From the NCBI GenBank assembly GCA_023453725.1, contig JAEXTB010000308.1, forward strand, positions 1 through 38,461: DNA of 38,461 nucleotides. Direction: 5' to 3'. Positions 26,075 to 35,369 of the stretch are shown here, piece by piece; positions within the stretch are counted from its first letter, which is position 1; every line of letters begins with the position of its first letter. The notes beneath the pieces are model-generated. The model was not told where the DNA came from. It ran no database searches and worked only from the letters and a program-made list of their open reading frames with translations. The stretch comes from Bacillota bacterium. GTDB lineage: Bacteria; Bacillota; Clostridia; Christensenellales; CAG-138. Both the position numbers and the translations under genes were made by a program.

Positions 26075-26932
26075 ATGTTCATGAAAAAATGGAAGGAACC
26101 GGCGATGAAAGGCGTATTCATCGCGGCGGCGGCCACCTCCATCCTCTCCGTAGCGCTTATCTGCATATTCCTGTTCGCAAACGGCCTCCCGGCGATATTT
26201 GAGATCGGCCCGGCCAATTTCCTTCTGGGGCGGACATGGAAGCCGGGAAATGATATTTACGGCATATTCCCTATGATTGTGGGGAGCGTCTATGTCACGG
26301 CCGGGGCCATGCTCATCGGCGTGCCCATCGGGTTGTTAATGGCCATATTCATGGCGCGCTTTTGCCCGCGCTGGCTGTACCGCGTATTAAAACCGGCAAC
26401 GGAGCTTTTGGCGGGGATCCCTTCGGTCGTATACGGCTTCTTTGGCCTGGTGGTCATCGTGCCGTTTGTACGGGAGCAGTTTGGGGGCAGCGGTGCATCC
26501 ATGCTAACTGCCTCAGTGCTCCTTGGCATTATGATATTGCCTACGATAGTGGGCGTGGCGGAGAGCGCAATCCGCGCCGTGCCGGAGAACTACTATGAAG
26601 GCTCGCTCGCGTTAGGCGCGACGCATGAGCGCAGCGTGTTTTCCACCCTGGTTCCCGCTGCGAAGTCCGGCCTGTTCGCCTCTGTTGTGCTGGGTATGGG
26701 CCGCGCCGTTGGCGAGACCATGGCGGTCATCATGGTGGCGGGCAACCAGGCGCGCATGCCTGCGGGCATACTCAAGGGACTGCGTACGCTGACTGCGAAC
26801 ATCGTCATTGAAATGGGCTACTCGGCGGATCTCCACCGCGAGGCGCTGATTGCAACAGCCGTTGTGCTCTTTATCTTCATCCTGGTCATCAACGGGCTGT
26901 TCTCGCTGCTCAAGAGGAGGTCGAACCTATGA
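26075..26932 (+). CDS. pstC: Phosphate ABC transporter permease PstC
   Basis: Polytopic permease with the EAA-type loop (ESAIRAVPENYYEGSLALGAT). It sits after pstS. An alternative start is ATG 26081. Confidence 0.9.
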   Translation: MFMKKWKEPAMKGVFIAAAATSILSVALICIFLFANGLPAIFEIGPANFLLGRTWKPGNDIYGIFPMIVGSVYVTAGAMLIGVPIGLLMAIFMARFCPRWLYRVLKPATELLAGIPSVVYGFFGLVVIVPFVREQFGGSGASMLTASVLLGIMILPTIVGVAESAIRAVPENYYEGSLALGATHERSVFSTLVPAAKSGLFASVVLGMGRAVGETMAVIMVAGNQARMPAGILKGLRTLTANIVIEMGYSADLHREALIATAVVLFIFILVINGLFSLLKRRSNL

Positions 26933-27798
26933 CGGGAACGAATGCTTCTTACTATAAAACTGCCGCGCATCCGGGCAGGGGAAAAGCGATATTCTTACGG
27001 GTATTGGTTTACCTTGCCGCGATCATTACCGTTACGGTTCTGCTGTTCCTGGTCGGGTATATTTTAATCAAGGGCGTACCATATCTTACGCCGGAACTGT
27101 TTGCGTGGGAGTATACATCGGAGAACGTCTCCATGATGCCTGCCATTATCAACACCATATTGATGACGGTGCTTTCGCTCATCATTGCGGCGCCGCTTGG
27201 CGTATTTGCCGCAGTCTACCTGGTGGAGTACGCAAAGCGAGGCAGTAAATTTGTTTCCGTTGTCCGCGTGACGGCGGAAACGCTTTCGGGCATTCCTTCC
27301 ATTGTGTACGGGCTGTTTGGCCTCCTGTTCTTTGTCACCCGCCTCCAGTGGGGCATGTCCCTGCTGGCGGGCGCGTTTACTCTGGCGGTTATGATACTGC
27401 CGCTTATTATGCGTACCACCGAAGAAGCGCTAAAGGGTGTGCCGGACGCATACCGGGAAGGCAGCTTTGGCCTTGGCGCAGGGCGGTTAAGAACGGTATT
27501 TTCCATCGTACTGCCTGCGGCGGTTCCGGGCATACTTGCCGGCGTCATATTGGGCATCGGCCGCATTGTGGGAGAAACCGCGGCGCTCATTTATACGGCA
27601 GGTACTGTCGCCAAAGTGCCGGAAAATCTTCTCTCTTCCACCCGCACACTTTCGGTGCATATGTATTCGCTCGCGCGCGAGGGGCTGCATATCAACCAGA
27701 CATATGCGACTGCGGTGGTGCTGCTTATCGTCGTGGTTGGCATTAACGCGCTTTCTTCCATGGTGGCGCGCAGGCTCATTAAGCGCAACGGCAGCTAA
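26929..27798 (+). CDS. pstA: Phosphate ABC transporter permease PstA
   Basis: ATGA overlap with pstC. EAA loop TEEALKGVPDAYREGSFGLGAG. Confidence 0.9.
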   Translation: MTGTNASYYKTAAHPGRGKAIFLRVLVYLAAIITVTVLLFLVGYILIKGVPYLTPELFAWEYTSENVSMMPAIINTILMTVLSLIIAAPLGVFAAVYLVEYAKRGSKFVSVVRVTAETLSGIPSIVYGLFGLLFFVTRLQWGMSLLAGAFTLAVMILPLIMRTTEEALKGVPDAYREGSFGLGAGRLRTVFSIVLPAAVPGILAGVILGIGRIVGETAALIYTAGTVAKVPENLLSSTRTLSVHMYSLAREGLHINQTYATAVVLLIVVVGINALSSMVARRLIKRNGS

Positions 27799-27853
27799 GT
27801 AAACCCTTATGGGGGCGTCACAGAAAAGGCCAGAACCGGCGAAAGGAAGAACT

Positions 27854-28621
27854 ATGGAAAAGCAGAAAAAGGCCATTAAGTTTGATATAAAGGATTTGGA
27901 TCTGTATTATAGCTCGTTTCAGGCGCTTAAGAAAGTGAACATGTCCGTGGAGGAGCGGGAGATCACCGCGTTCATCGGCCCATCCGGCTGCGGCAAGTCT
28001 ACACTTTTGAAAACGCTCAACCGCATGAACGATCTTGTGGAAGGCTGCAGGATTGTAGGCAAGGTCGCGCTCGACGGAGAAGACATTTACGGGAACATGG
28101 ATGTCAACCTTCTCAGAAAGCGCGTGGGCATGGTGTTTCAAAAGCCCAATCCGTTCCCCATGAGCGTGTACGATAACATCGCATATGGCCCGCGTACGCA
28201 CGGCGTGCGATCGAAAGCGAAGCTTGACGATATTGTGGAACGCTCGCTCACCAACGCGGCGATCTGGGATGAACTCAAGGACCGGCTCAAAAAGAGCGCC
28301 CTTGGGCTTTCCGGCGGGCAGCAGCAGCGCCTGTGCATTGCACGCGCGCTTGCTGTGGAGCCCGAGGTGTTGCTGATGGATGAGCCCACCAGTGCGCTGG
28401 ACCCCATTTCCACCTCAAAAATTGAGGATCTTGCCGTGGAATTGAAGTCAAAATATACTATAATCATCGTAACGCACAACATGCAGCAGGCTGCGCGCAT
28501 TTCAGACAAGACGGCATTCTTTTTATTGGGTGAGGTCATAGAGTACGGGGAGACGGAGCAGCTGTTTTCCATGCCAAAGGATAAACGAACAGAGGACTAC
28601 ATCACAGGGAGGTTTGGCTGA
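27854..28621 (+). CDS. pstB: Phosphate ABC transporter ATP-binding protein PstB
   Basis: AAAGGAAG upstream of ATG 27854. Walker [10 protein letters not shown], signature LSGGQQQR, Walker [12 protein letters not shown]. Confidence 0.9.
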   Translation: MEKQKKAIKFDIKDLDLYYSSFQALKKVNMSVEEREITAFIGPSGCGKSTLLKTLNRMNDLVEGCRIVGKVALDGEDIYGNMDVNLLRKRVGMVFQKPNPFPMSVYDNIAYGPRTHGVRSKAKLDDIVERSLTNAAIWDELKDRLKKSALGLSGGQQQRLCIARALAVEPEVLLMDEPTSALDPISTSKIEDLAVELKSKYTIIIVTHNMQQAARISDKTAFFLLGEVIEYGETEQLFSMPKDKRTEDYITGRFG

Positions 28622-29277
28622 TGCGAAATAAATTCGACGAACAACTGGATTTGCTGAACAAAGAACTCATTGAAATGGGCGGGCTCATTGAGCAGGCCAT
28701 CCAGAACGCCTGCGCCGCGTTAAGAACCCATGACGCGCAGCTTGCCAAAGAAGCCATTAAGTTTGACCATGAGATCGATGAAAAGGAACGCCGTATTGAA
28801 GGCCTGTGCCTGAGGCTTTTACTGCAGCAGCAGCCGGTGGCAAGGGACCTGCGGCTCATTTCCTCTGCCCTTAAAATGATTACGGATATGGAGCGCATCG
28901 GCGACCAGGCGGCGGATATTTCGGAAATTGTGCTGGTGATGGGCAAGGACTATGACAATGTCCAGCCGGAAGAGATCCCGCTGATGGCAGATGCGACAAT
29001 CGCTATGGTAACAAACAGCATTGATGCGTTTGTGCGGCGGGATGAGGCGCTTGCGCAGCAGGTGATTGACGCGGACGACGAAGTGGACGAACGTTTCCTG
29101 CAGGTACGGGCCAAGCTGATTGAACGCTTTACGGCGGACCCGCACACCGCGGAGTATGCGCTGGATTTGTTCATGATTACTAAATATTTGGAGCGCATTG
29201 GCGACCATGCGGTCAACATTGCGGAATGGGTGCTGTTTTCCATTACCGGCATCCATCAGTCATCTGAAATGGAATAA
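28621..29277 (+). CDS. phoU: Phosphate signalling complex protein PhoU
   Basis: 1-nt overlap with the pstB stop. Two PhoU repeats are present (DMERIGDQAADI and YLERIGDHAVNI). Confidence 0.9.
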   Translation: MRNKFDEQLDLLNKELIEMGGLIEQAIQNACAALRTHDAQLAKEAIKFDHEIDEKERRIEGLCLRLLLQQQPVARDLRLISSALKMITDMERIGDQAADISEIVLVMGKDYDNVQPEEIPLMADATIAMVTNSIDAFVRRDEALAQQVIDADDEVDERFLQVRAKLIERFTADPHTAEYALDLFMITKYLERIGDHAVNIAEWVLFSITGIHQSSEME

Positions 29278-29308
29278 AATCGGTACGTAAGCTTAAAAGG
29301 GGAACGGC

Positions 29309-29977
29309 ATGATTTATTATGTAGAGGATGAAACCAATATCCGGGAACTTGTGCTCTACACGCTTGCGCAGACCGGCTTCGAAGCATGCGGCTTTGAAAA
29401 CGCGGAGCAGTTCTGGAGGGGCATTGACGGTGCACATCCCGAGCTTGTCTTGCTTGACGTCATGCTGCCCGGGGAGGATGGCATTTCTATTCTGAAGCGG
29501 CTGCGTGCAGCAAACGCTACAAAAGGCATCCCCGTTATTCTTTTGACCGCCCGCGGTGCGGAATACGATAAGGTGACGGGGTTGGACGGCGGTGCTGACG
29601 ATTATATTACAAAGCCGTTTGGCATGATGGAGCTGATTTCCCGCATCAAGGCGGTGCTCCGGCGCTCTTCTCCCAAGGAACTCACGGATATTCTCGCCAT
29701 TGACGAGCTTGTCATGAACACAGAAAAGCATACCGTCACATGCGTTGGCGCAAACGTCGTGCTTTCGTTTAAGGAGTTTTCGCTGCTGCGGTTTCTGATG
29801 GAAAACCGCGGGCGCGTGTTCACGCGGGACCGGCTGTTGACCGCTGTCTGGGGCTATGATTATGCGGGCGGCACGCGCACCGTGGATGTACACATCCAGA
29901 CGCTGCGGCAGAAGCTGGGGGATTGTGCGTACCTAGTAGAGACTGTCCGTGGAGTCGGCTACCGCGCAAAGGAGTGA
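29309..29977 (+). CDS. OmpR/PhoB-family response regulator (Pho regulon type)
   Basis: Receiver domain (YYVEDE, LVLLDVMLPGEDG, ADDYITKPF) plus a winged-helix output domain (VDVHIQTLRQKLG ... VRGVGYR). Confidence 0.85.
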   Translation: MIYYVEDETNIRELVLYTLAQTGFEACGFENAEQFWRGIDGAHPELVLLDVMLPGEDGISILKRLRAANATKGIPVILLTARGAEYDKVTGLDGGADDYITKPFGMMELISRIKAVLRRSSPKELTDILAIDELVMNTEKHTVTCVGANVVLSFKEFSLLRFLMENRGRVFTRDRLLTAVWGYDYAGGTRTVDVHIQTLRQKLGDCAYLVETVRGVGYRAKE

Positions 29978-29984
29978 AAGCAAT

Positions 29985-31673
29985 ATGCAAAAGACCGTCA
30001 ACCGCTACATGGTGCTGCTTTCGCTCGCCTGCGTGCTGCTTTTGGCACTTTTGACGCTGGGCGTATTCTATGGCGTGCTTACCGGACAATTGCGCTGGGA
30101 GCAGAGGAGCGAAGCGGAGTATGTGGCGGCAGGCATGAAACTGTTGGGCGATGAAGCATACCTCCATCAGGTTCGTCAGGTGGATGAAACGCGCCTGACC
30201 CTGATTGCCGCCGATGGCACCGTGCTGTACGACACTAATGCAAACGCGGCTCAAATGGAAAACCACGGCGACAGGCCGGAGGTCATTGCGGCGCTGGCGA
30301 ACGGGGTTGGGGAAAGCACCCGGCCTTCGGAAACCATTGGGCGGGAAACGCTCTATTACGCCATAAAGCTTCCGGATGGCAGTGTGCTGCGCCTTGCGGA
30401 TACACAGGCAAGCGTTTGGGGCATCCTGTGGCGGATGCTGCCCGGGGTGATCGGCACGCTTGTTTTGACGCTGCTTATTTGCGTGCTTCTCGCAAAACGC
30501 ATGACGCGGCATGTCATTTCCCCGCTCAATGCGCTGAACCTGGACGATCCGCTCAATAACGACGTGTATGATGAGCTTTCTCCGCTTTTGTCAAGACTAG
30601 AGGCCCAAAAGCGCCAGATTGCTTCGCAGATGCGGGAACTGACCGCAAGGAGCGATGAGTTTTCCGCCATCGCCCACAACATGCGCGAAGGGCTGCTGGT
30701 ATTAAACGCCCACGGTATGATCCTTACCATCAACCGCAGCGCGCAGCGGCTGTTCCGTGCGGACAGCAAGACCTGCACGGGTAAGCATGTGCTTACCGTA
30801 GACCGCAGCCTGAAACTGCAGACTGCGGTGGAGCAGGCCGAAAAAGGCATACCTGCCGAGCAGGTCATACAGCTCAACGGCCGCAGCTACCAGCTCATTG
30901 CAAGCCCGGTGCGCGAGCGCGCGGCGGTGACAGGCGTTGTGGTGCTAATACTCGATATCACCGAGCGGGAGGAGCAGGAGCGCATGCGGCGGGAGTTCTC
31001 CGCAAACGTTTCGCATGAATTGAAAACGCCGCTCACTTCCATTTCCGGCTATGCGGAAATTATGAAAACCGGGCTGGTAAAGCCAGAAAACATGCAGGAC
31101 TTCGCGCGGCGCATATTTGAGGAAAGCACCCGGCTCATTGCCCTTGTGGAGGATACCATACGGCTTTCACGGCTCGATGAAGGGGCAGGAAATATGCCGT
31201 TTGCGCGCGTGGAACTTCTTGCGCTTGCAAACAGCGTCAAAGAGCGGCTGCTTCCTGTGGCGCAGACAAAGGATGTGATATTGCGTGTAGAGGGCGAACA
31301 TGCGGAGGTAGATGGCGTGAAGCAGGTGCTTGAGGAAATCCTCTATAACCTGTGCGATAACGGTATACGCTACAACAGGCAGGGTGGAAGCGTCACGCTT
31401 GCGGTATTGCCGCAGGCCGACGGACGCGTCAATGTCGTGGTGTCCGATACCGGCATCGGCATCCCGCCGGAGCACCAGGCCCGCGTGTTTGAACGGTTTT
31501 ACCGCGTGGACCAGAGCCATTCCAAGGAGACCGGGGGTACCGGGCTTGGCCTTGCAATCGTCAAGCGCGGCGCGCTGATGCATGGCGCAAAACTCTCTCT
31601 GGAGAGCACGGTCAATAAGGGGACGGTTATCACCGTCAAATTTCCCGCGCCTACCGTACGGGAACAGCAGTAG
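29985..31673 (+). CDS. Sensor histidine kinase, PhoR/PnpS-like
   Basis: Two N-terminal TMs, a PAS-like segment, H-box FSANVSHELKTPLTSI, N-box LCDNGIRYN, and G-boxes DTGIGIP and GGTGLGLAIVK. ATG 29985 follows AAAGGAG. Confidence 0.85.
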   Translation: MQKTVNRYMVLLSLACVLLLALLTLGVFYGVLTGQLRWEQRSEAEYVAAGMKLLGDEAYLHQVRQVDETRLTLIAADGTVLYDTNANAAQMENHGDRPEVIAALANGVGESTRPSETIGRETLYYAIKLPDGSVLRLADTQASVWGILWRMLPGVIGTLVLTLLICVLLAKRMTRHVISPLNALNLDDPLNNDVYDELSPLLSRLEAQKRQIASQMRELTARSDEFSAIAHNMREGLLVLNAHGMILTINRSAQRLFRADSKTCTGKHVLTVDRSLKLQTAVEQAEKGIPAEQVIQLNGRSYQLIASPVRERAAVTGVVVLILDITEREEQERMRREFSANVSHELKTPLTSISGYAEIMKTGLVKPENMQDFARRIFEESTRLIALVEDTIRLSRLDEGAGNMPFARVELLALANSVKERLLPVAQTKDVILRVEGEHAEVDGVKQVLEEILYNLCDNGIRYNRQGGSVTLAVLPQADGRVNVVVSDTGIGIPPEHQARVFERFYRVDQSHSKETGGTGLGLAIVKRGALMHGAKLSLESTVNKGTVITVKFPAPTVREQQ

Positions 31674-31700
31674 AGCGGATTAAAAAATGCAGGGAATGCC

Positions 31701-31729
31701 TTGCAATGCGTCATGGTTCCTGCTATCAT
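31701..31729 (+). promoter_or_regulatory. Putative sigma-A promoter driving the FMN riboswitch-ribU unit
   Basis: TTGCAA (31701-31706), N17, TATCAT (31724-31729), immediately upstream of the aptamer. Confidence 0.5.
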
Positions 31730-31734
31730 ATATA

Positions 31735-31880
31735 TGATGCTTCGGGGCGGGGTGTAATTCCCCACCGGCGGTGATGCGGCAGGGTTCAAAGCCTGCTTAG
31801 CTAAGCCCGCGACCCCTGTTTACAGGGTTGAGCCAATGAGATTTTGGCGCCGACGGTATAGTCCGGATGGAAGAAGCGCG
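31735..31880 (+). promoter_or_regulatory. FMN riboswitch (RFN element) aptamer
   Basis: Conserved RFN blocks read directly: CTTCGGGGCGGGGTGTAATTCCCCACCGGCGGT, AGCCCGCGACCC, CGACGGTATAGTCCGGATGGAAGAAG. P1 forms by GCTTC/GAAGC pairing. Confidence 0.9.
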
Positions 31881-31911
31881 ACGAGTTCTTTTATCGCCGC
31901 ACTTGTTTTTC

Positions 31912-31939
31912 AACGCACCGCAGCAGCGGGGCGTTTTTT
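31912..31939 (+). terminator. Riboswitch expression-platform terminator
   Basis: Stem CGCACCGC / GCGGGGCG (one mismatch), loop AGCA, followed by T6. It lies about 85 nt upstream of the ribU ATG. Confidence 0.6.
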
Positions 31940-32022
31940 GTTGCTTATCAGATCAATGCCCTTGCTGCAATGGAGCGGGAAAAGCCGGGAAGCATACATT
32001 TTTTAAACGGAGTGTTTGCAAC

Positions 32023-32604
32023 ATGAAACGGGAAAACACAAACAGGCTGGTTCACTTGGGGATGCTGGCGGGGCTTTCGCTGCTGCTGGTCTACATCATT
32101 CATTTCCCCATATTCCCCGGCGCGACGTTCCTCGAGTACGACATGGCGGATGTCCCCATACTCATCGGCACATTCCTCTACGGCCCGCTTTGGGGCATTG
32201 TGCTTACCGCGGTGGTCAGCGTTTTGCAATGGCTGCTCATTTCCCCGGCAAGTGGTTGGATTGGCGCGCTGATGCACTTTTGCGCCACCGGTACGTTTGT
32301 ACTTGTAGCGGGTCTTATCTACAGCCGCTGGCGTTCCCGCAAGGGTGCGGTCACGGGCCTCTTTTTCGGGGCACTGGGCATGATTTTGATGATGATCCCA
32401 TTGAACCTCCTATTCACCGTGCACTTCATGGGCGTGCCGCGTGAGGTGGTGGTGGATATGCTCGCCCCCATCATCATCCCCTTCAATGCCATCAAAACCG
32501 TGGCCAACGGCACGTTGACGTTCCTCCTATACAAGGCTGTTGCGCGCGTACTGCGGATTGAACGCGTGGATAATCCCACCTACGCGGTACAGAAAGCAAA
32601 GTAA
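32023..32604 (+). CDS. ribU: ECF transporter S component, riboflavin-type (RibU)
   Basis: ATG 32023 (MKRENTNRLVHLGMLAGLSLLL). A ~190-aa protein with about six TMs, directly downstream of an FMN riboswitch. The upstream part of ORF 31867.. covers the riboswitch and is not coding. Confidence 0.8.
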   Translation: MKRENTNRLVHLGMLAGLSLLLVYIIHFPIFPGATFLEYDMADVPILIGTFLYGPLWGIVLTAVVSVLQWLLISPASGWIGALMHFCATGTFVLVAGLIYSRWRSRKGAVTGLFFGALGMILMMIPLNLLFTVHFMGVPREVVVDMLAPIIIPFNAIKTVANGTLTFLLYKAVARVLRIERVDNPTYAVQKAK

Positions 32605-32624
32605 ACCATAAGCATAGATGACTG

Positions 32625-32652
32625 AGCCGGAGCAAACGCTCCGGTTCTTTTT
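32625..32652 (+). terminator. Intrinsic terminator after ribU
   Basis: Stem CCGGAGC / GCTCCGG, loop AAAC, then TTCTTTTT. Confidence 0.65.
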
Positions 32653-32678
32653 GTATTTTTGCATATTAAAAAGATGAC

Positions 32679-32707
32679 TTGCGAACAAATGAACGCAAGG
32701 GTATACT
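32679..32707 (+). promoter_or_regulatory. Putative sigma-A promoter of the membrane-protein paralog array
   Basis: TTGCGA (32679-32684), N17, TATACT (32702-32707). The spacer contains the inverted repeat TTGCG-N10-CGCAA. Confidence 0.5.
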
Positions 32708-32750
32708 GGCAATAGACCCATATATATGCATTTCATAAAGGAGATTCAGC

Positions 32751-33263
32751 ATGCGGCGAAAAGAGTGTATTGCTGTATTGAAAGAAAGCCAAATCCCGAC
32801 AAGGTGGATGCGGGCGTATATCAGCATCTATCTCATTGCATTGCTTGTACAACTGGCGTCGCTTATGCTCAGTACCGGCGGGTTGCTGCTGTTTGCGAAA
32901 GATCTGTTGGTAGATCCGCTGCTGACAATGACCTTATCAAGCGGTGCGCTAACGCTGCTGATCTGCACGGCGATTGCCTACCATAGTATGATCCATCTTC
33001 GTCCAAGTGCCTTTGTGTGGTGTGTCGTGCATCTCATACTTTCCGCTGTTTACTGGACAGGTAGCGCTACACTAAGTTTAGTGCCCGCATATGATTCTGC
33101 GGGGATTGGATATGCGCCATACGCCGCAATCTTTTTCGTGATTTATATGGGCGGATGGGTTGCGCCAAATTACCTGTACTTTAACAAACGGAGGGAGTTA
33201 TTCCGCGTGTATACGCCGCGGGAGATTGCTTTTGCGATGAGCCAGTGGCACTCGCTTTCCTAG
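32751..33263 (+). CDS. Paralog A of a 4-TM membrane-protein family (unrecognised family); divergent and lacks the basic tail
   Basis: AAAGGAG upstream. Shares W-M-R-x-Y-[IL] (TRWMRAYISIYL) and the post-TM4 motif PNYLYFNKRRELFRVYTPREIA with copies B-E. Confidence 0.7.
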   Translation: MRRKECIAVLKESQIPTRWMRAYISIYLIALLVQLASLMLSTGGLLLFAKDLLVDPLLTMTLSSGALTLLICTAIAYHSMIHLRPSAFVWCVVHLILSAVYWTGSATLSLVPAYDSAGIGYAPYAAIFFVIYMGGWVAPNYLYFNKRRELFRVYTPREIAFAMSQWHSLS

Positions 33264-33322
33264 GTTCTTAAAGTTGGCAGAACAATCAGACCAGTACAGG
33301 ACAGAACAGGAGCAGAAACGAT

Positions 33323-33988
33323 ATGACCAATGCCGGTATCAAAGCGGTGCTCAAAAAAACGATGCTCGAGAATGAGGAAATCTCGACCGCATGGATGGGC
33401 TTTTATCTGAATGTATATTTGTATCTGGCGCTTGTGACGAGCGTGCTGACCCTGCCCAATACACTATTAAACATATCCAATATCCCCATCTTTGTTGGAG
33501 AAGGGAATATTTGGGGGGTGGTATCGTTCTTTGTGAGCGCGATTGCGGCTGTTGCAGCAATCATGACGTTTATTGAACTTCGCGACATTACACTGGCAGG
33601 ATACAAGTGGAATATTGTATTGCTGGTGAGCATTTCTGTTGAGTTTGCCCTTTCTATGCTCTCCGTATGGCTTAGAGGCGAGCCTGATGCACGAATGGAT
33701 ATTGGCTTTCTGATTGGAGGACAGGTAGTAGTTGCCCTGACTTGGCTTGTCCCCAACCTAATTTACTTCAAGAAGCGCAAGCACCTGTTCCGCCCCTACA
33801 CCACGGCGGAGGTGGCGGCTGCTCTTAAAGGCGAACCGCCGACCCCCGCGCTGCCTGTTCGTAAACCTTGCCATTATAAGCCCACCAAAGTGAAGGTTGA
33901 TATGAGGAAGCTTTATTCGTCTCAAGCGGACGGCAAGGAGACACGGCTTATGCGGATCATGGAACAGCATAACAAAGTGAAAGTGTAG
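33323..33988 (+). CDS. Paralog B, full-length with the basic Cys tail
   Basis: MTNAGIKAVLK N-terminus, WMGFYLNVYLY, GYKWN, PNLIYFKKRKHLFRPYTTAEVAAALKGEPPTPALPVRKPCHYKPTKVKVDMRK. Confidence 0.75.
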   Translation: MTNAGIKAVLKKTMLENEEISTAWMGFYLNVYLYLALVTSVLTLPNTLLNISNIPIFVGEGNIWGVVSFFVSAIAAVAAIMTFIELRDITLAGYKWNIVLLVSISVEFALSMLSVWLRGEPDARMDIGFLIGGQVVVALTWLVPNLIYFKKRKHLFRPYTTAEVAAALKGEPPTPALPVRKPCHYKPTKVKVDMRKLYSSQADGKETRLMRIMEQHNKVKV

Positions 33989-33996
33989 GAGAGGCT

Positions 33997-34636
33997 ATGG
34001 CCAATACTGTAATCGGATTGCCAATGCAACCCAAAGAACTACGCACAAAATGGATGCGCTTTTATCTCAACATTTATTTGCTCCTGAAGCTGATTTCTGT
34101 GGTGCTTGCCATACCAAGCATAGTTTCCGTACTCCCTCTCATTGCCGAATGGGTAGCAGAAGGTTACAATTTGTATGCTATTGCATTGATTGCGCCGATC
34201 GTCGTAATCCTGTCTACGATTATGACATTTATCAAAACACGGAAGCTGACGCCGACCGGATACAAGTGGAATACCGTTATGATCTGGAGCAATTTTGTTG
34301 GGTTTGCCGCATGGTCGTTAGGAGGTGAGCTACAGGCAAGCCGGGGCCTATACACCTCCGGGGTTTGTGTTTATTGCGATCATACTCTATTTGTTTGGGT
34401 GGACGGTGCCCAACCTTGTCTATTTTCATAACCGCAGGCGATTGTTCTATATCGGCACAGAGGAAGAGAAAGCGGCTCCCGCCGCTCCAAATGCGCCGGA
34501 CACTCTCACGCCGCCTATCCGCAAACCTTGCCATTATAAGCCTGGCAAAGCGAAGGTAGATACGCGGAAGCTTTATTCGCCGAAGAATAGGGCGACAAAG
34601 TTCGCGCGTATTATAAAGCATCAGCAGCAAAGATAG
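33997..34636 (+). pseudogene. Paralog C, split by a +1 frame change (frames 33997..34431 and 34325..34636)
   Basis: Frame 1 carries WMRFYLNIYLL and GYKWN. Frame 2 carries PNLVYFHNRRRLF and PPIRKPCHYKPGKAKVDTRK. The frames overlap at 34325-34431, where GGGG runs occur at 34343-34346 and 34360-34363. Confidence 0.7.
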
Positions 34637-34666
34637 GCATGACAATACAGAGCAGGAGTATGAGCC

Positions 34667-35278
34667 ATGACCAATGCCGGTATCAAAGCGGTACTCAAGA
34701 ATAAGAATCCTTCCACAAGATGGCTGCGCTTCTATCTCAACGTGTATCTATACATTGTAATCGTGTTCGCGGCGATTGCGACTCCAAGCATTGTGATTGG
34801 CTTGCTCAGCAGTGCCAACTGGATTGCTGAGGGAAATATCTTGGAGCTCACAACGTTTTTGGTTCGCACGCTTACGGCTGCTGCTTCAATTGTTACATTT
34901 CTTGAGATGCGCGATTTAACAATGCTCGGTTATAAATGGAACGTTGTCATGCTTTGTGGTGGATTTGTTTGGACAGTTCTAATATATGTTTCCGAGTGGT
35001 TAAATACGGATGCCGAATACAGGACTCAAATGAGCGGGGTGGCTCTATTCTTGGCGCTGTTGCTGTTCCTGTGGCTCATTCCCAATTTGGTTTATTTCAA
35101 AAATAGAAAGCATCTCTTCCGCCCCTACACCGCTGCGGAGGTTGCGGCCGCCATCAAGGGCGAACCGCCCGCCCCCGCGCTGCCCATCCGCAAGCCCTGC
35201 CGCTATAAGCCTACCAAGGCGAAAGTGGATACGCGGAAGTTCTTGCCTCAGGCCAGGAAAGAGACGAGATATTTTTAG
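34667..35278 (+). CDS. Paralog D, full-length with the basic Cys tail
   Basis: MTNAGIKAVLK, with the first 26 nt identical to copy B. WLRFYLNVYLY, GYKWN, PNLVYFKNRKHLFRPYTAAEVAAAIKGEPPAPALPIRKPCRYKPTKAKVDTRK. Confidence 0.75.
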   Translation: MTNAGIKAVLKNKNPSTRWLRFYLNVYLYIVIVFAAIATPSIVIGLLSSANWIAEGNILELTTFLVRTLTAAASIVTFLEMRDLTMLGYKWNVVMLCGGFVWTVLIYVSEWLNTDAEYRTQMSGVALFLALLLFLWLIPNLVYFKNRKHLFRPYTAAEVAAAIKGEPPAPALPIRKPCRYKPTKAKVDTRKFLPQARKETRYF

Positions 35279-35369
35279 ATCATGAAAGATCATAAGCAAA
35301 TGCGCGTTCGATAATGTGGAACAGGAGCAGAAGATACGACCAAGGCCGGCAGTAAGACGGAGCGAAAAG

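Noticed and set aside
31867-32022. Upstream 52 codons of the 245-aa ORF that contains ribU.
   Set aside because: This stretch overlaps the 3' part of the FMN aptamer and its terminator. The ECF S-component sequence starts at ATG 32023.
33997-34636. Programmed +1 ribosomal frameshift as the explanation for split paralog C.
   Set aside because: I saw no recognisable slippery or stall context such as that of prfB. The sister copies B and D are single-frame. An indel in a G-run or a sequencing error is more parsimonious. It is kept as a finding only for verification.
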